Assembly: GCA_033764315.1 (NCBI GenBank)
Contig: JANRJA010000045.1
Span: 1-29,109 of the forward strand
Length of the DNA: 29,109 bases
Reading direction: 5' to 3'
Origin: Oculatellaceae cyanobacterium bins.114
GTDB taxonomy: Bacteria > Cyanobacteriota > Cyanobacteriia > Elainellales > Elainellaceae
In this document: one piece after another, positions 28,059-29,109 of the stretch
Position numbering within the stretch: position 1 is the stretch's first letter
How the letters are laid out: each line of letters starts with the position of its first letter
Position numbers and translations under genes: made by a program
Notes under the pieces: generated by a model
Database searches by the model: none
Told to the model about the DNA's origin: nothing
Seen by the model: the letters and a program-made list of their open reading frames with translations, nothing else

Positions 28059-28472
28059 CTAAGGGGATGTGGGTGTAAAGTCTGGTTGGGTTGTCCAAAC
28101 AATGGGTCGTTGCCCTGGCGCAATCCGACCGCCCTGCTCCTGCATCACACTCGACGATTGCTGGGGATCAAAGTACCGATTAAAGCTCTCTTGCAATAGA
28201 TCCACCCGACCTTCAACTTGGGTCAGCTCGGTTTTTAGCTCTTGCAATCGGGCTTGCTGTACCTCGTTATAAGGTAATAGTCTTACTAACGCTGATAAGG
28301 CAGCCACACTTAACAACACATTTGCAACTAACTTGGCACTCAACTCAACCGCGATCGCCCGATGACGTCTATGCGGAGACTGACGTTTTTGACGACGATA
28401 AGAGTCAACGTTGGTGCGTCGAGCGGTGGGTAAGGCTTGCAGGGGTGGTCGAGAGGGTTGCGTTGCGTTCAT
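28059..28472 (-). CDS. Slr1601-family putative cell-division protein (FtsL/FtsB-like topology)
   Basis: Basic cytoplasmic N-terminus, one TM segment, a coiled coil (QQARLQELKTEL..VEGRVDLLQESF) and FDPQQ...MQEQ motif. Confidence 0.75.
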   Translation of the reverse strand: MNATQPSRPPLQALPTARRTNVDSYRRQKRQSPHRRHRAIAVELSAKLVANVLLSVAALSALVRLLPYNEVQQARLQELKTELTQVEGRVDLLQESFNRYFDPQQSSSVMQEQGGRIAPGQRPIVWTTQPDFTPTSP

Positions 28473-28627
28473 GGCTTTGTTTCATATTGGCAGAGGGGTC
28501 AAGACATCAGTGCCAAATCAACAATCAAAAAAGTGATCGCCTAACTTTAGCACTAATAGCGACTTCTAGCCCTCTGCCAGTCATTGCTGAGATGACAGTG
28601 TATACCTAATAAGGCTACATTCAACCT

Positions 28628-28723
28628 CTATTTATAGAGTTCCGTAGAAAGACGGAAAGCCATCACAGCTGGAATCAAAGCAACCACGAGAGCAATGTAG
28701 ACTTGAGTATCTGATAGAGACAT
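28628..28723 (-). CDS. psaM: Photosystem I reaction centre subunit XII (31 aa)
   Basis: Translated by hand: MSLSDTQVYIALVVALIPAVMAFRLSTELYK*. AAGGAG RBS upstream. Below the ORF-track size cut-off. Confidence 0.97.
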   Translation of the reverse strand: MSLSDTQVYIALVVALIPAVMAFRLSTELYK

Positions 28724-29109
28724 CTGTGAACAACTCCTTACTGTAATTGAGGAATAAACGAACGTTGTCTATCGCATTTAAGCTAAAGACTAACGCCAAT
28801 GTGTGTCAATGTCAGCTAAATTACCCCATTCTGGAGACGCTTGTCATATCGTGTAACAAAAAGTGTAAATTGAATTGCTTTGAATAGAGCAAGAAACTAC
28901 AGGGAGCGATCGCCCAGTTGTCCGATGACTCGATTAGAGCACTCGATTTAACCTACTAAGATGAAAACATCTAAACACCAGCAACAGGTAGGTTGGCGTT
29001 TTATAGGTTGAGTTTGTCAGCGTGCGCGTTGCTGTCTCGACTGTCAGCGGCGCATTCGTCAGGTTGATCGCGGTCACGATACCCGGTTCAATGAAAAAAA
29101 TTCCCGAAT

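Larger units (their letters stand above)
335..28913. repeat. HIP1 octamer (GCGATCGC), dispersed, roughly 30 copies
   Basis: Seen for example at 335, 584, 3336, 3542, 5654, 6377, 8307 and 28906. It is a hallmark of many cyanobacterial genomes. Confidence 0.95.

Noticed and set aside
28322-28609. 95-aa plus-strand ORF
   Set aside because: Overlaps the Slr1601-like gene antisense, has a non-ATG start and shows no motif.
28852-28869. HLR1-like pair upstream of psaM
   Set aside because: The half-sites are 12 bp apart rather than 10.
28930-29109. Possible 3' end of a minus-strand gene entering from the right edge
   Set aside because: Neither the frame nor the product can be determined from the fragment.

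Overview
A cyanobacterial chromosomal window: about 30 HIP1 octamers (GCGATCGC) plus cpcT, psaM and a lexA with a cyanobacterial LexA box. It is probably from a filamentous Leptolyngbya/Oculatella-like strain (inference). In order it contains: a small conserved ORF; the natFGH-bgtA amino-acid ABC operon; a MinD/ParA-like protein with degenerate ATPase motifs fused to a winged helix; a membrane-anchored hypothetical; cpcT; a CHAD protein; a 1505-aa filamentous-haemagglutinin/TpsA exoprotein; a two-gene unit encoding a YghO/bCerS-like double-GNAT acyltransferase and an extended SDR reductase; a XylF/G/H-like sugar ABC operon; a repeat-rich spacer with a 251-bp IS4-like MITE (11-bp target duplication); a LEA-like lipoprotein; DUF3616; a peptidoglycan-binding protein; lexA; hppD; a hypothetical; an Slr1601-like protein; and psaM, which the ORF track missed. 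The best candidates for new biology are the bCerS/CerR-like pair (possible ceramide-type or N-acyl amide lipid synthesis in a cyanobacterium) and the apparently catalytically dead MinD-wHTH fusion. All family assignments come from motif recognition by eye; no searches were run.
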